From NCBI GenBank assembly GCA_029856145.1, contig JAHQWK010000023.1, positions 47,999 to 111,998 of the forward strand: a DNA stretch of 64,000 nucleotides. Reading direction: 5' to 3'. The stretch is from Promethearchaeia archaeon (lineage in GTDB: Archaea > Asgardarchaeota > Lokiarchaeia > Sigyniarchaeales > SOKP01). Made by a program: the position numbers and the translations under genes. The notes beneath the pieces were generated by a model. That model was not told the DNA's origin, searched no databases, and saw only the letters and a program-made list of their open reading frames with translations. Shown piece by piece: positions 10,750 to 21,210 of the stretch. Each line of letters starts with the position of its first letter. Positions within the stretch are counted from its first letter, which is position 1.

Positions 10750-13608
10750 ATGGAAGTTTTTTTGAAAAGGGCTGAACGTTCTTTTAAGAGTAAGATTGGA
10801 GAAGATAAAACAAATACTATTTTAAATAATATAAAAAAAGCTACTAATGAAATTCCTGCTAAATTCAGGAGAACAATTGGTTCAGAAATACCGAAATTCT
10901 TATTTAATTACTCACAAGAGATTGAAGATGTGTCTCCTGCGATTACTGAGGGTGTTTTGAATTATATTTTCATATTTGCAGAGTCATTGAAAGATCTCGT
11001 AAATAAGGATAGAAATCAAGTAAATCAAATGTTAATAAATAGAAGTAATAGTGAAATGCGAAATCTTTCAGATTTATTAAATGCATTTGTTGAAAAAGCA
11101 AAAAAAGGTGAAGCAATAGAAAATCTCGAAACTTTTGAAGATTTATTGATATATATGGTTGGTGGAAAAGCAGAAGTCACCCAGATGAACGATGTTGAAT
11201 TATTTTTTAAGCGAGCTGATAAGAATTTTTCTGAAAGATTAGGAGAAGTAAAATTTCAATTTTATTCAGAAGAACTTAAGAAATCATTCAAACAAATCGA
11301 TGAATTACATCGAGATCAAATGAGCTCCGAAATTTCAAAATATTTATTCAAGTTCTCCCAAAATATTGATAACTTTTCTACAGAAACATTAGACAGTATA
11401 TTGGCACAAATTTTGTTATTTTCTAATTCAATAACTGATTTAGATGGAAAAACATGGGATCAAATTAATCAAGAAATAAGAAGAAGAAGTAACAATAAAT
11501 TGCATTCTTTAGTTGATTTATTCAAAGCGTTTTTAGAAGAAGCTAAAGAAGGAAATTTATTAGAAAATAACAATGAACTTGAAGATATATTAACTCATTT
11601 ATTTGGAGAAGAAGAAGAGCGAGTTCAATTTACAGATATAGAAGCTTTTTTAAAAAGAGCAGAAAAAAAATATGCATTAATTCTCGGACAAGATATGATT
11701 CAAATGCTTATGGAAGAACTATTAGATGCAATTGATCAAATTCCCGAGCAACATAGAGAGTACCTCGGATCGGATCTTGCAAAATATTTATTTAAATATT
11801 CAGAAACCGCTTCAATTCACGATCCAGAGAATTTAGAATTAATATTTAATGGAGCAATTATGTTCGCTAATTCATTGGTCGATATTGGGGATTCAAATAA
11901 GGCAGAAGTTAATCAATTCATTATAAATAGATCGAATCATAAAGTCCGTGGATTATTCGATTTATATCTAGCATTTCTTGAAAAAAATAAAGTTCGTATG
12001 CCTTTTTCTCTAGAACCAAATTTTGATGAAATCCTTGTTCATACACTGGGGAGATATAGTGGTCCGAAAGTTCTAGAGCAAGGAGGATTAATTCATGACT
12101 TATTGTTAGATCATCATGAAGAAATTCCATCAGCAATCGAGCATTCAAGTTGGGCGAAAGCTTTAATTGAAATAATCCCTCGCTATTTAGATATTCTACC
12201 AAAAGCTGAAGGAGATCGAATTTTAGACTTTTTATGGGAAAACAAATTACCAGAGGATGAAATTATTGAGAAATATAGAACTAAAATTTTGGAATTTCCT
12301 AGAGAAAAAGAAAAAACATTCATGTTCAGATTAATGAATATGCTAACAAATCAGATTTTAGTTGATGAAGTGAAAGACAAAGTATTAGCAGGATCTTTAG
12401 CTCTTAGAATCCTTGGAGGCATTTTTGTGGAAATTTTTGGTGGACGAAATGCCCAAATACGAGCAATTCGGCTTAATCAATTATTAAAAGATAGAAAAGT
12501 TTCAAATTTAGAAAATAAAAAGAAAATTGATGAGCACATTAACAAAATACTGGAAGAAGATTTGAAAGCTATTCAAAAAAGAACTATGACAATAAACACT
12601 ATTATTCCAATATTGACTAAGAAAAGATATTTCATTAAAACTTACGATATAGTTACAAAAGACTTTCCAGAATTTATTGTCAAAATGATCACTGTGAGAG
12701 AGGAGGAGCGATTGAAGGATATTGGTGAAGAATATAAGAAGCCAGGCATTTCAGGAGAGTTAATACAACTAGTTAATGATTTTTTGATTGAGCTTGAATT
12801 AGCAAGAAGATTCTATAAAAAATATTTTGAAGAAATGTATTCAATAGCTATGGATGCTCAAAAAAATATGTTAACTATTAGAAAATTCTTTAAATCTTTG
12901 GTGGAACTTAGTGACAATATAGAAGCTATTGAGTTTTTTGAGAGACCTATTGCAAATACAGAACACACGATTTACATTTCGTTATTAAAATATTTGTATG
13001 AGTGTTTACCAGAAGTGTTTGAGATAACTCGAACCATTCTTGATGAACAAGAATATCAAAAGAAGATAATGAAATTAGATACTTATCTAAGTAATTGGAA
13101 ACTAGAACAACTAAATTTAGAAATCAGAGAAACTGAAAACAAAATTAATGAATATGAAGAGATGGAAGAATGGGACGCTACAGATAAGATAAGGAATTTA
13201 ACTAAATTTCTTAATAGGGACAAAAATGAGCTTAAATTCTATGATATAATGTTTAAACTCCTCAAAGAAACAGAAAAAGCTGGTGAAATTATAAATAAAA
13301 GATTAGATTTCTCAAAAAATCTTTTAAAATTTTCAGACTCTATAAAAAAGGTACATCCCAACCTCCCAGCAGCTTTAAATGATTACTTGGAAAATTTATA
13401 TGACTTCACTCAAGAAATAGATAAAATCATAGAAGAATTAAAAAAGAAAAGTTCTTCTGGTATTATATCTCCTTTTGATTTTAGAGAAAGGAATGATGCA
13501 GCAGAAATATCAAAAAAAGAATTAAAATCTCTCTGTTCAAATGAAGATTTTATGAATCATATTAAATCTATGTTAGAAATCTCAAAAACAAATAAGTTAC
13601 AATATTAA
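10750..13608 (+). CDS. Large alpha-helical hypothetical protein with three tandem 148-aa repeats and a C-terminal coiled coil
   Basis: Repeat starts MEVFLKRAE (10750), VELFFKRAD (11194) and IEAFLKRAE (11638) are spaced exactly 444 nt; shared S(E/D)xxK(F/Y)LFxxS and RS(N)xxxxxLxDLxxAF(V/L)E motifs. Confidence 0.85.
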   Translation: MEVFLKRAERSFKSKIGEDKTNTILNNIKKATNEIPAKFRRTIGSEIPKFLFNYSQEIEDVSPAITEGVLNYIFIFAESLKDLVNKDRNQVNQMLINRSNSEMRNLSDLLNAFVEKAKKGEAIENLETFEDLLIYMVGGKAEVTQMNDVELFFKRADKNFSERLGEVKFQFYSEELKKSFKQIDELHRDQMSSEISKYLFKFSQNIDNFSTETLDSILAQILLFSNSITDLDGKTWDQINQEIRRRSNNKLHSLVDLFKAFLEEAKEGNLLENNNELEDILTHLFGEEEERVQFTDIEAFLKRAEKKYALILGQDMIQMLMEELLDAIDQIPEQHREYLGSDLAKYLFKYSETASIHDPENLELIFNGAIMFANSLVDIGDSNKAEVNQFIINRSNHKVRGLFDLYLAFLEKNKVRMPFSLEPNFDEILVHTLGRYSGPKVLEQGGLIHDLLLDHHEEIPSAIEHSSWAKALIEIIPRYLDILPKAEGDRILDFLWENKLPEDEIIEKYRTKILEFPREKEKTFMFRLMNMLTNQILVDEVKDKVLAGSLALRILGGIFVEIFGGRNAQIRAIRLNQLLKDRKVSNLENKKKIDEHINKILEEDLKAIQKRTMTINTIIPILTKKRYFIKTYDIVTKDFPEFIVKMITVREEERLKDIGEEYKKPGISGELIQLVNDFLIELELARRFYKKYFEEMYSIAMDAQKNMLTIRKFFKSLVELSDNIEAIEFFERPIANTEHTIYISLLKYLYECLPEVFEITRTILDEQEYQKKIMKLDTYLSNWKLEQLNLEIRETENKINEYEEMEEWDATDKIRNLTKFLNRDKNELKFYDIMFKLLKETEKAGEIINKRLDFSKNLLKFSDSIKKVHPNLPAALNDYLENLYDFTQEIDKIIEELKKKSSSGIISPFDFRERNDAAEISKKELKSLCSNEDFMNHIKSMLEISKTNKLQY

Positions 13609-13622
13609 GAAAAGAATTTTAT

Positions 13623-15068
13623 TCAATCAATCTCAAGAATCCTTTTTACTAATTTTTTCTTTTCTGCTAAATTAGCTTGACGAGATATCATAATTCTTTG
13701 TGCTTGAGGAGACCCCGCTCCATGCATAGACTCTGTTTTATAACTGACAGAAGCTACACCCATAGTTAGGTTCTCTATAAAACGTAAAACTTTATATCTA
13801 TCTTCAGCACAAATTCCTTCACATGTAGTCAAGTACTTTTCAATTAAAGGCCCTATTTCTTCCGATTTAAGATCTGCCTCAGAAGGCATTGTACAAATCA
13901 TACCTCCTGCAATATCTTCAGCAAGTCTTCCAATTTCATAGGGAAAGCGTGTAACATTTTGTTTACATACATTAGCTAATAACATATCCATTTCATAGTT
14001 TCCTGCTTCTCTTTGAAAACCTAATGAACTACATGCAATCCCACAACTATATAAAGTTTCATTTAAATGTGTCATTTCAACAAGTTTATCTCTAATATGT
14101 GATGCTTTTTCAGTACCATTATATTCTGAGATTAGAGCTGTCGCTCCTATTAACACGTCTCCAACACCCACTTTACATCCACCATAAGATTGTCGGTGAA
14201 ATCCTGCAAATCGATTAACTAATTCTCCCGAAAATTCAACTTCACCCTTCATAAAAATATTTTCTTTAGGAATAAAGACATCATCGAAGATTACAAAAAT
14301 TTCTTGACCTCCATACTTGAAATTACCGATATCTAATTTACCATCTTCTATCTTCCGTGTATCGCACGATTGTCTCCCATATACTAATGTTATTCCCTTT
14401 TCATTTGTATCTATTCCAAAACTTACAGCATATTCCTCTTCACCTAGTCTTAATGAAAGAGTAGGCATAATGATTGCCCGATGTGAGTTAAGAAATCCTG
14501 TTTGATGTACTTTAGCCCCTCTAACTATGAGCCCATCATCATTCTCATTAACTATATGTAGATAAGCATCAGGATCTGGTTGATCTTTGGGTCTTTTACT
14601 TCGATCTCCCTTAGTATCTGTCATTGCCCCATCAACCATTAGATCTTGTATTTGAACTTCAGTCCAATATTTTATAAATCGTTTATGATAGTTTGTATTA
14701 TTTTTTTTATCCATTTCATAAGTAATACTGTATAAAGCATTCGCAGTGTCAAAACCTACACATCTTTGAAAACAACAGACTGTATATTGCCCCAATAATC
14801 TTTGCATTTTAACTTTTTTTACTAAATCCTCTGTAGATTGGTGAATATGAGTGAATCGATTTATGATTTCTCCAGTAAGATGTGATTTTGTCGTCATTAT
14901 ATCTTTATATTCTTCCATTTGGGCTAATTCATAAATCTTCATTACAGTATTAATTGAAGGTTTGATAATCGGATGATTCCAAAATTCCTTTACTTTTTCA
15001 CCAAACAAATATAAATTTACTGGACGTTTAATACTTTCTAAATACTCTTCAGGTGTTTTTAATGGCAT
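13623..15068 (-). CDS. abfD: 4-hydroxybutyryl-CoA dehydratase (HpaB/AbfD family)
   Basis: CFQRCVG and HRQSYGGCK 4Fe-4S ligands, GAMTDTKGDRS, ESMHGAGSPQAQR. Confidence 0.9.
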   Translation of the reverse strand: MPLKTPEEYLESIKRPVNLYLFGEKVKEFWNHPIIKPSINTVMKIYELAQMEEYKDIMTTKSHLTGEIINRFTHIHQSTEDLVKKVKMQRLLGQYTVCCFQRCVGFDTANALYSITYEMDKKNNTNYHKRFIKYWTEVQIQDLMVDGAMTDTKGDRSKRPKDQPDPDAYLHIVNENDDGLIVRGAKVHQTGFLNSHRAIIMPTLSLRLGEEEYAVSFGIDTNEKGITLVYGRQSCDTRKIEDGKLDIGNFKYGGQEIFVIFDDVFIPKENIFMKGEVEFSGELVNRFAGFHRQSYGGCKVGVGDVLIGATALISEYNGTEKASHIRDKLVEMTHLNETLYSCGIACSSLGFQREAGNYEMDMLLANVCKQNVTRFPYEIGRLAEDIAGGMICTMPSEADLKSEEIGPLIEKYLTTCEGICAEDRYKVLRFIENLTMGVASVSYKTESMHGAGSPQAQRIMISRQANLAEKKKLVKRILEID

Positions 15069-15168
15069 GATCTAGTTAATTCTTATAATTTTGTATTAGT
15101 TAATTAGAAGAAAATTGAATTTTTATAGATACCTAAATTAAATAATGAGAGAAATTAAGCTTTTAATT

Positions 15169-16872
15169 CTATTTTTTTCTATTTACACACGCTTTGATAA
15201 AGTCTAAGTAAAGGGGGGATGGATTATACGGACGTGATTTAAATTCGGGATGGAATTGAGTACCAACCATCCAATGATCTTTTCTATCTAATTCTATACT
15301 ATTAATTATTTTTCCAGTTTCATCTCGGCTAGATACTCGCAAACCTTTTTCTTTGGCTTCAATATTTATAAATTTCTCTTGAATGTGAAATCTATGTCGA
15401 TACCGTTCAAATATTTCCTCTTGTTTATATGCTTCATAAAGCCGTGTACCTTTCTCAACAACTATTTTTTGAGCACCTAATCTCATAGTGCCACCAATTT
15501 CAGTTACTCCTTTCTGACTTTCTAAAATATCTACAACGGGATATGGAGTATTAGGATCAATTTCAGTTGAATTTGCTTTTTTTAAACCCAGATATTTTCT
15601 ACAGAAAGCTACAAAAAATAATTGAGCTCCGAAGCATATTCCAAGAAAGGGAATTTTTTCTTCCATAGCATATTCTGCTGATTTTATCATCCCTTCTACT
15701 GCTCTTTCCCCAAATCCAGGAGTAAGTAAAATACCATCACAATCTTTCAGCTGTTCCATAATATTTGTATTTCCTTCTATATTAACCATTTTCAATTCTG
15801 TTTTATACCCTAAATGAGCAGCAGCGTCTTCTAAAGCAACATTAATAGAAATATAAGAATCTGAAATGTTAAAATATTTTCCTGGCATTCCGATTTTAAC
15901 GGTTTTTTTAGCTTTTTTAAATAGTTCAACCATCTTTACCCATTCAGAGTAATTTGTTACCTCACTATAGGCAACCAATTTTGCCTTCAAATCAATAAGT
16001 TCGCAAATAAGATCTCCTAATCCCTGTTCCTCGAACAATAGAGGTAATTCATAAACGATTTCTAAATCTGGGTTAGAAATTACAGCATTTTCGGGGACGT
16101 TAGAATATAGGGATATTTTTCTTTTAATGTCATTATCTAAAGGTTTTTCGCTTCTGCCTATTATTAAATCGGGTTGTAATCCTAGACTTTGGAGCATCTT
16201 CACACTATGCTGCGTCGGCTTTGATTTCTGTTGCCCTACAGCTCTAGAATAAGGAATAAGAGTAACATGAACAAAAGCAGTTCGCTTTGGATATGCTAAT
16301 TTTAATTGTCGAAATGCTTCTAGAAATATGCTTGATTCTAAATCTCCTACTGTACCTCCACATTCAATTAATAACACATCTAAATCTTCTTTTTCAGCAA
16401 TTTCCATTAATCGTTCCTTTATTATATCTGTTACATGCGGTATTATTTGAACAGTTTTCCCCAAAAATCTTCCCTTTCTTTCACTAAGGATTGTAGAAAG
16501 ATAAATTTGGCCTGATGTTATATTATGGGATGGGTGCATCTCAATTCCTAGTATTCTAGAATAAGTGCCAAAATCCTGATCAATTTCAGAAATTCTATAT
16601 GATCTTTCATCAGATCCAGGGACTGGTCTAAAATTCCATACATCTTCGGTAATAAAACATTCTCCATGCTCAATTGGGTTCAGAGTCCCGGGATCTACAT
16701 TTAAATATGGATCTATTTTAACTACTGATACTTTAAAACCACGAAATTGAAGTACCTTACCAATACTGGCAGTTGCGACGCCCTTGCCATAGCCTATTAT
16801 AATGAAATATTATAATATTATGCCAGACATCACACCGCCCGTTACAAATACAAATTTACTACTCGAATTCAT
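15169..16872 (-). CDS. pyrG: CTP synthase, interrupted by a 30-nt insertion with an in-frame TAA (candidate intron); 557 aa after removal
   Basis: ATG 16872 MNSSKFVFVTGGVMSG-I-[30 nt]-GKGVATASIGKVL...KIDPYLNVDPGTLNPIEHGE is in frame with the 15169..16539 ORF (TVQIIPHVTD, GGTVGDLES, KSKPTQHSV, GICFGAQ, QFHPEF). The glutaminase triad is intact. Confidence 0.93.
16789..16818 (-). other. Putative 30-nt mRNA intron with a bulge-helix-bulge/loop-like splice motif
   Basis: Insert AUAUUAUAAUAUUUCAUUAUAAUAGGCUAU has a perfect 9-bp stem and a stop (16810-16812). The flanking exons pair over about 15 bp. Removal gives GGC AUA GGC AAG GGC = G-I-G-K-G. Confidence 0.7.
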
Positions 16873-17161
16873 AATTTATACTACTATTTTAAAAACCAAT
16901 TTAATTTTTAATCAAACTATTTAAACAAAATTATAAAAAGAAAGCAATTTTTAAAAGAATTTCTAAATCATTACATAAGTTACTTCATGATACTTTCAGT
17001 TATTTTCCTTTAAAAATTCGATCGCTTTTTGTAATTAATGATTTTATCGCTGTTATAGAATAAAATCTTCAATATTAAGTTTATTCTTATTTTATGATGC
17101 CCGCATGAAAAAATATATAAAATAAAAAGAACATTAAAGTGAACTAAGATTATTTAAAAAC

Positions 17162-18373
17162 TTATTCAAATTCAAAGACTACCTTAAGTGAGTCATGTTC
17201 ACTCTTGTTTGAAGCCACTTCCAATGCCTCTTTATATTTTTCCAAGGAAAACTTATGAGTTATAAAATCGCTCACCTTGACTTGTCCAGATGATATTAAA
17301 GCTAAAGCAATTTGCAAAGTTCGTTTTTTCTCACCATTAATAATTTCAGTACCAAAGGTATTTGAGGCAATAACAGTTATTTCTTTAACAAATAATGGTG
17401 TCCAATCGAGTTCCAAATTAGCAGGTTGTCCTATTAATATGAGAGTCCCTTTTGGTTTTACTAATCTAAGGCTAGTAGTTAAAGATGATGGAATTCCTAC
17501 ACAATCAAAAATAATGTCCGCACCACCCCCGACAAGTAATGGATCTTGTAATGGTGGTGACACTGTCCTTACTCCTAATTTTCTTGCGATTTTTCTTATA
17601 AATGTACTCTTACTTGCTAAAAAAACCTCATCTGCACCCATTTTCGTCGCTAAATCAATTTGAGACTGTCTTGTATCAATAGCTATGATTTTACAATTTG
17701 AGAATGCTTTCAAGGCTAATATCGAACATAATCCCATTACCCCACATCCAACAATTATTACTTTTTCATTTTCTTTTGGAATCTTTTTCAATACTCCATG
17801 AATTGAACCTGCTAAGGGTTCGGAAATCAAAGCATCTTCAAAAGAAATTGAATCTGAAATCTTTAAAACCTGATTTTTATGCGCAATAACATATTCTCCC
17901 CACCCTCCACCAGTATCTTTACAAAAACCCATCATAAATCCTGGAGAAATATCACCTTTATCGACATTATAACATAAAATAAAATCTCCTTCTTTGCAAG
18001 CATCACATAATTCAAGGCCCCTTACTTCACAACTTAGGACTTCATCAATTAATACTCTATCTCCAACAGATAAATTCTTCACATTTGCTCCTACTTCAGT
18101 AATAGTCCCTACAATTTCATGACCTGGAACTGCAGGAGTAGATATAAAATTAAGTTGATAAGTAGATTGCTTAATCTCTAATATATGGATATCTGTTCCA
18201 CAAATACCTCCTAATTTTACCTTTATTTTAACCCAATTATCATTGATTAATTCTGGTTCAGGAACATCATCATATGTTACTAATTCATGGATTTTAGATG
18301 TAAAATTAGGATCTGATCTCTTTTTATTTAATAATTCGAGAAATTTTTCAGCGGTTATTCTTAAAGCTTTCAT
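17162..18373 (-). CDS. Zn-dependent alcohol dehydrogenase (MDR superfamily)
   Basis: GICGTD, PGHEIVG, structural Zn cysteines, GCGVMG Rossmann motif. Confidence 0.92.
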   Translation of the reverse strand: MKALRITAEKFLELLNKKRSDPNFTSKIHELVTYDDVPEPELINDNWVKIKVKLGGICGTDIHILEIKQSTYQLNFISTPAVPGHEIVGTITEVGANVKNLSVGDRVLIDEVLSCEVRGLELCDACKEGDFILCYNVDKGDISPGFMMGFCKDTGGGWGEYVIAHKNQVLKISDSISFEDALISEPLAGSIHGVLKKIPKENEKVIIVGCGVMGLCSILALKAFSNCKIIAIDTRQSQIDLATKMGADEVFLASKSTFIRKIARKLGVRTVSPPLQDPLLVGGGADIIFDCVGIPSSLTTSLRLVKPKGTLILIGQPANLELDWTPLFVKEITVIASNTFGTEIINGEKKRTLQIALALISSGQVKVSDFITHKFSLEKYKEALEVASNKSEHDSLKVVFEFE

Positions 18374-18447
18374 ATTACAAATTTTATTTTAATTCCAATT
18401 ATATTTTTACAATTATTTCATAAATAAAAGAATAAGAAAGTAGAAAT

Positions 18448-20169
18448 TTATAAAATTCCCATACTACCCATAAGTTTTGTTGTGTCTGGTGTTTCAAACC
18501 CAATCTTCACATCTAAGACTGCAGGTTTTCCAGAATTTTTAGCTCTTTCGAATGCAGGTTTTATCTCATTAGGATCAGTTATAACTTCCCCGTAACAACC
18601 AAAACTTTCTGCACATTTTGCATAATCAAATTCTGGCAAGTCTACATCAATATAACGTTTCCCTTTAAAAAGTTTCTGTCCAGATTTAATCATACCCCAT
18701 GAACTATTATTAGCTATAACATATACTAGATTTTTTAAATTTAATCTCACAGCGGTTTCTAAATCTTGCACATTAATCATAAATGCCCCATCACCTGCTA
18801 TTGCCACTACCTGTTTATCAGGTTTTGCTAATTTAGCACCAATTCCATAAGGTACAGCAGTACCTAATTGGCCCATACCTGTAGCGGCTAGAGTTGAGAG
18901 TGGTTTTCGTATATTGTAATCATAAATTTGTTCTGCTGCAGAAACAGAAATATCTCCCCCATCAAGTATTAAAATAGCATCTTCATCCATTTCTTCAAAG
19001 ATATCTTTAAGGAGTCTTTTTGGCATTATAGGGATTTTATCTTTGGATAATTTCTTATTTAATTTTTCAATATTATTCTGTCGAGTTTGAATAAGTTCTT
19101 CTAACCATTCTCTACTATCTACTCTATCTATTTTTTTTACTTTTTCAAGGATTTGGGTCAAAAATTGCTTACAATCACCAATAATACCCAATGTTATTGG
19201 TTTCGCACGGCCAATTATTGAAGGATCAATATCTACCTGGATTAAAGTTTGAGAATCTTTCCAAAAAGGCTCATCGCCATGCGCCAGAGTCCATGAAAAT
19301 TTACATCCTAGAGCAATAATCACGTCTGCTTCTGGTATTATTTTTAATCCCATACCAGCAACACCTGCTCCAAATAAATATTGTGATTTTTCTGGTATAG
19401 TACCTATTCCAGAACTAGTCGTTATTACAGGTAGTTGTAAATAATCAACAAATTCTTCTAATTCATTCCAAGCTTCTGCTCGTGAAACCCCTCCTCCTGA
19501 TACTATTAATGGTTTTTCTGCATTTAATAATAGTTCTAAAGCTTCTTCTATTAATTCATCCTTAATAGCCGGCTTTTCAATAGCACGATATTTTTCAATA
19601 TTTAAAATTTCTAGTTGATCCTCTTCAATCTCCTCAAGAAAAGCATCCTCAAATATTTCTAATAAAACAGGTTGAGATCGACCACCTAATGCTTCTCTAA
19701 ATGCTTTATGAACCGCATCTGGGATTTCTTTGAGTTTGCGAATACTTTTCTGATATTTTGTTATTGGTTTATACATTGTAATTTGATCAAGACTGCCTTG
19801 TAAAGTAAAAGAGTCCTGAAACTCAGAATTTACTTGAGGTACAATTGCAATAATAGGAATATTATCAGCCCAAGCGGCACCAACTCCGGATATTAGATTT
19901 ATGGCTCCAGGACCAGCTGTTCCAAAACAGATACCTGGAGTGTTTGTTACTCTCGTCCACGCATCAGCTGCATGACCTGCTGATGCTTCATGTCTGAATA
20001 AAACAGTATCTATTCCTTGTTCTCTCCCCCATTTGTATATTGCATCGTACATGTTTAAAAATTGTCCACCAGGGACACCGAATAAATATTTAATATTTTC
20101 CTTTAGAAGACATTTTACTAATACGTCTCCACCATTTATCATTTTCTTTTCTTCCGCCATAATATTCAC
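18448..20169 (-). CDS. Thiamine pyrophosphate-binding protein (acetolactate synthase / 2-hydroxyacyl-CoA lyase-like)
   Basis: FGVPGG, RHEASAGHAAD, GPGAIN, GDGAF...ANNSSWGMI TPP motif. Confidence 0.9.
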   Translation of the reverse strand: MNIMAEEKKMINGGDVLVKCLLKENIKYLFGVPGGQFLNMYDAIYKWGREQGIDTVLFRHEASAGHAADAWTRVTNTPGICFGTAGPGAINLISGVGAAWADNIPIIAIVPQVNSEFQDSFTLQGSLDQITMYKPITKYQKSIRKLKEIPDAVHKAFREALGGRSQPVLLEIFEDAFLEEIEEDQLEILNIEKYRAIEKPAIKDELIEEALELLLNAEKPLIVSGGGVSRAEAWNELEEFVDYLQLPVITTSSGIGTIPEKSQYLFGAGVAGMGLKIIPEADVIIALGCKFSWTLAHGDEPFWKDSQTLIQVDIDPSIIGRAKPITLGIIGDCKQFLTQILEKVKKIDRVDSREWLEELIQTRQNNIEKLNKKLSKDKIPIMPKRLLKDIFEEMDEDAILILDGGDISVSAAEQIYDYNIRKPLSTLAATGMGQLGTAVPYGIGAKLAKPDKQVVAIAGDGAFMINVQDLETAVRLNLKNLVYVIANNSSWGMIKSGQKLFKGKRYIDVDLPEFDYAKCAESFGCYGEVITDPNEIKPAFERAKNSGKPAVLDVKIGFETPDTTKLMGSMGIL

Positions 20170-20227
20170 TTAATTTAAAACATTTCATAAAGATTGATTT
20201 AAACTTTATATTTTTTAGTTTAAATAA

Positions 20228-21202
20228 TTATCTAATTACTTTAATATCATAAGATAAAGGTTCAGGAATGCTTTGGACAATATTGTGCTTGATGTTAAGC
20301 TTTTCTAATGCATTGAGTGAAGTAATAAATTGCGGAATTTCCTTTAATTGATTGTAGCTTAAATCTAATTCTTTAAGTTGTGTTAATTTTTTTAGAGAGA
20401 AAGGTAATTTTTTTAATCCAATTCTTCGGAGGGTTAACTTTTTTAAATAAATTAAGGATCCTATTGATTCTGGAATTGATGATATTACAACGTCATTATG
20501 GGTATATTTTCTTAATGAACATAAGTACACATCAAGATCTTGTAGTTTAGAAAGAGAATTGACGATATCTGTGTTATTTTTAATAAATTTCCAATTAAAA
20601 TAATTAAAATTTAAAATTTCGACATGTCTATCTTTGATAGCTAACCAAGGTTCACCATTTTTAATATCGCTTAAAGTTTCAAAATGCTTATAACTAAAAG
20701 GATCTATCACATAATTTCTTTTACCCTTAGCAAACAGCACTTCCAAATCTAAAAAAAATTTTGATTCTTGAGGAACTACTCCAATTTTGGTAGAGAATTG
20801 ATCATTCCAGTTGATTAAATCCTTTTTCATCAACTTTAATTGAGGAGAATCAAATTTCTCCATGGAATTAAAAAATAGATTTAAAACTAATGGGGATCTT
20901 TCATGATGAATGGCCCATCTTAAAGCAGAAAGACCATATTCTAGATAATTATGAATTATATATTTTGCTACTGAAGCTCTCACAATCGCGTTTTCATCAG
21001 ATATCAAGTAATTCTCTAGGATTTTAAATATCTTTTCACTCTGAACATTTAAATTTTCCAAGGTTTTAATGCTCTCTACACGAATCTCTATGTTATCACT
21101 ACCCTCAATTAATGAAATTAACAGTTCTACTGCATTTTCTCTTACTAAATCTCCAGTTGATAGGTCCTTTTGGATTTTTTCTGGTGTTAGAGATTCTTTC
21201 AT
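20228..21202 (-). CDS. HEAT-repeat plus leucine-rich-repeat protein
   Basis: N-terminal HEAT-like DENAIVRASVA; C-terminal LRRs LKKLTLRRIGLKKLP, LKELDLSYNQLKEIP, LEKLNIKHN. Confidence 0.85.
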   Translation of the reverse strand: MKESLTPEKIQKDLSTGDLVRENAVELLISLIEGSDNIEIRVESIKTLENLNVQSEKIFKILENYLISDENAIVRASVAKYIIHNYLEYGLSALRWAIHHERSPLVLNLFFNSMEKFDSPQLKLMKKDLINWNDQFSTKIGVVPQESKFFLDLEVLFAKGKRNYVIDPFSYKHFETLSDIKNGEPWLAIKDRHVEILNFNYFNWKFIKNNTDIVNSLSKLQDLDVYLCSLRKYTHNDVVISSIPESIGSLIYLKKLTLRRIGLKKLPFSLKKLTQLKELDLSYNQLKEIPQFITSLNALEKLNIKHNIVQSIPEPLSYDIKVIR

Positions 21203-21210
21203 TTACCTAT

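Noticed and set aside
15169-16872. pyrG as a simple pseudogene or stop-codon readthrough (Sec/Pyl)
   Set aside because: The stop is TAA, not TGA or TAG. Readthrough would leave 10 extra residues in the P-loop. The remainder shows no other lesion. A pseudogene is not excluded but is less parsimonious given the exon-exon helix.
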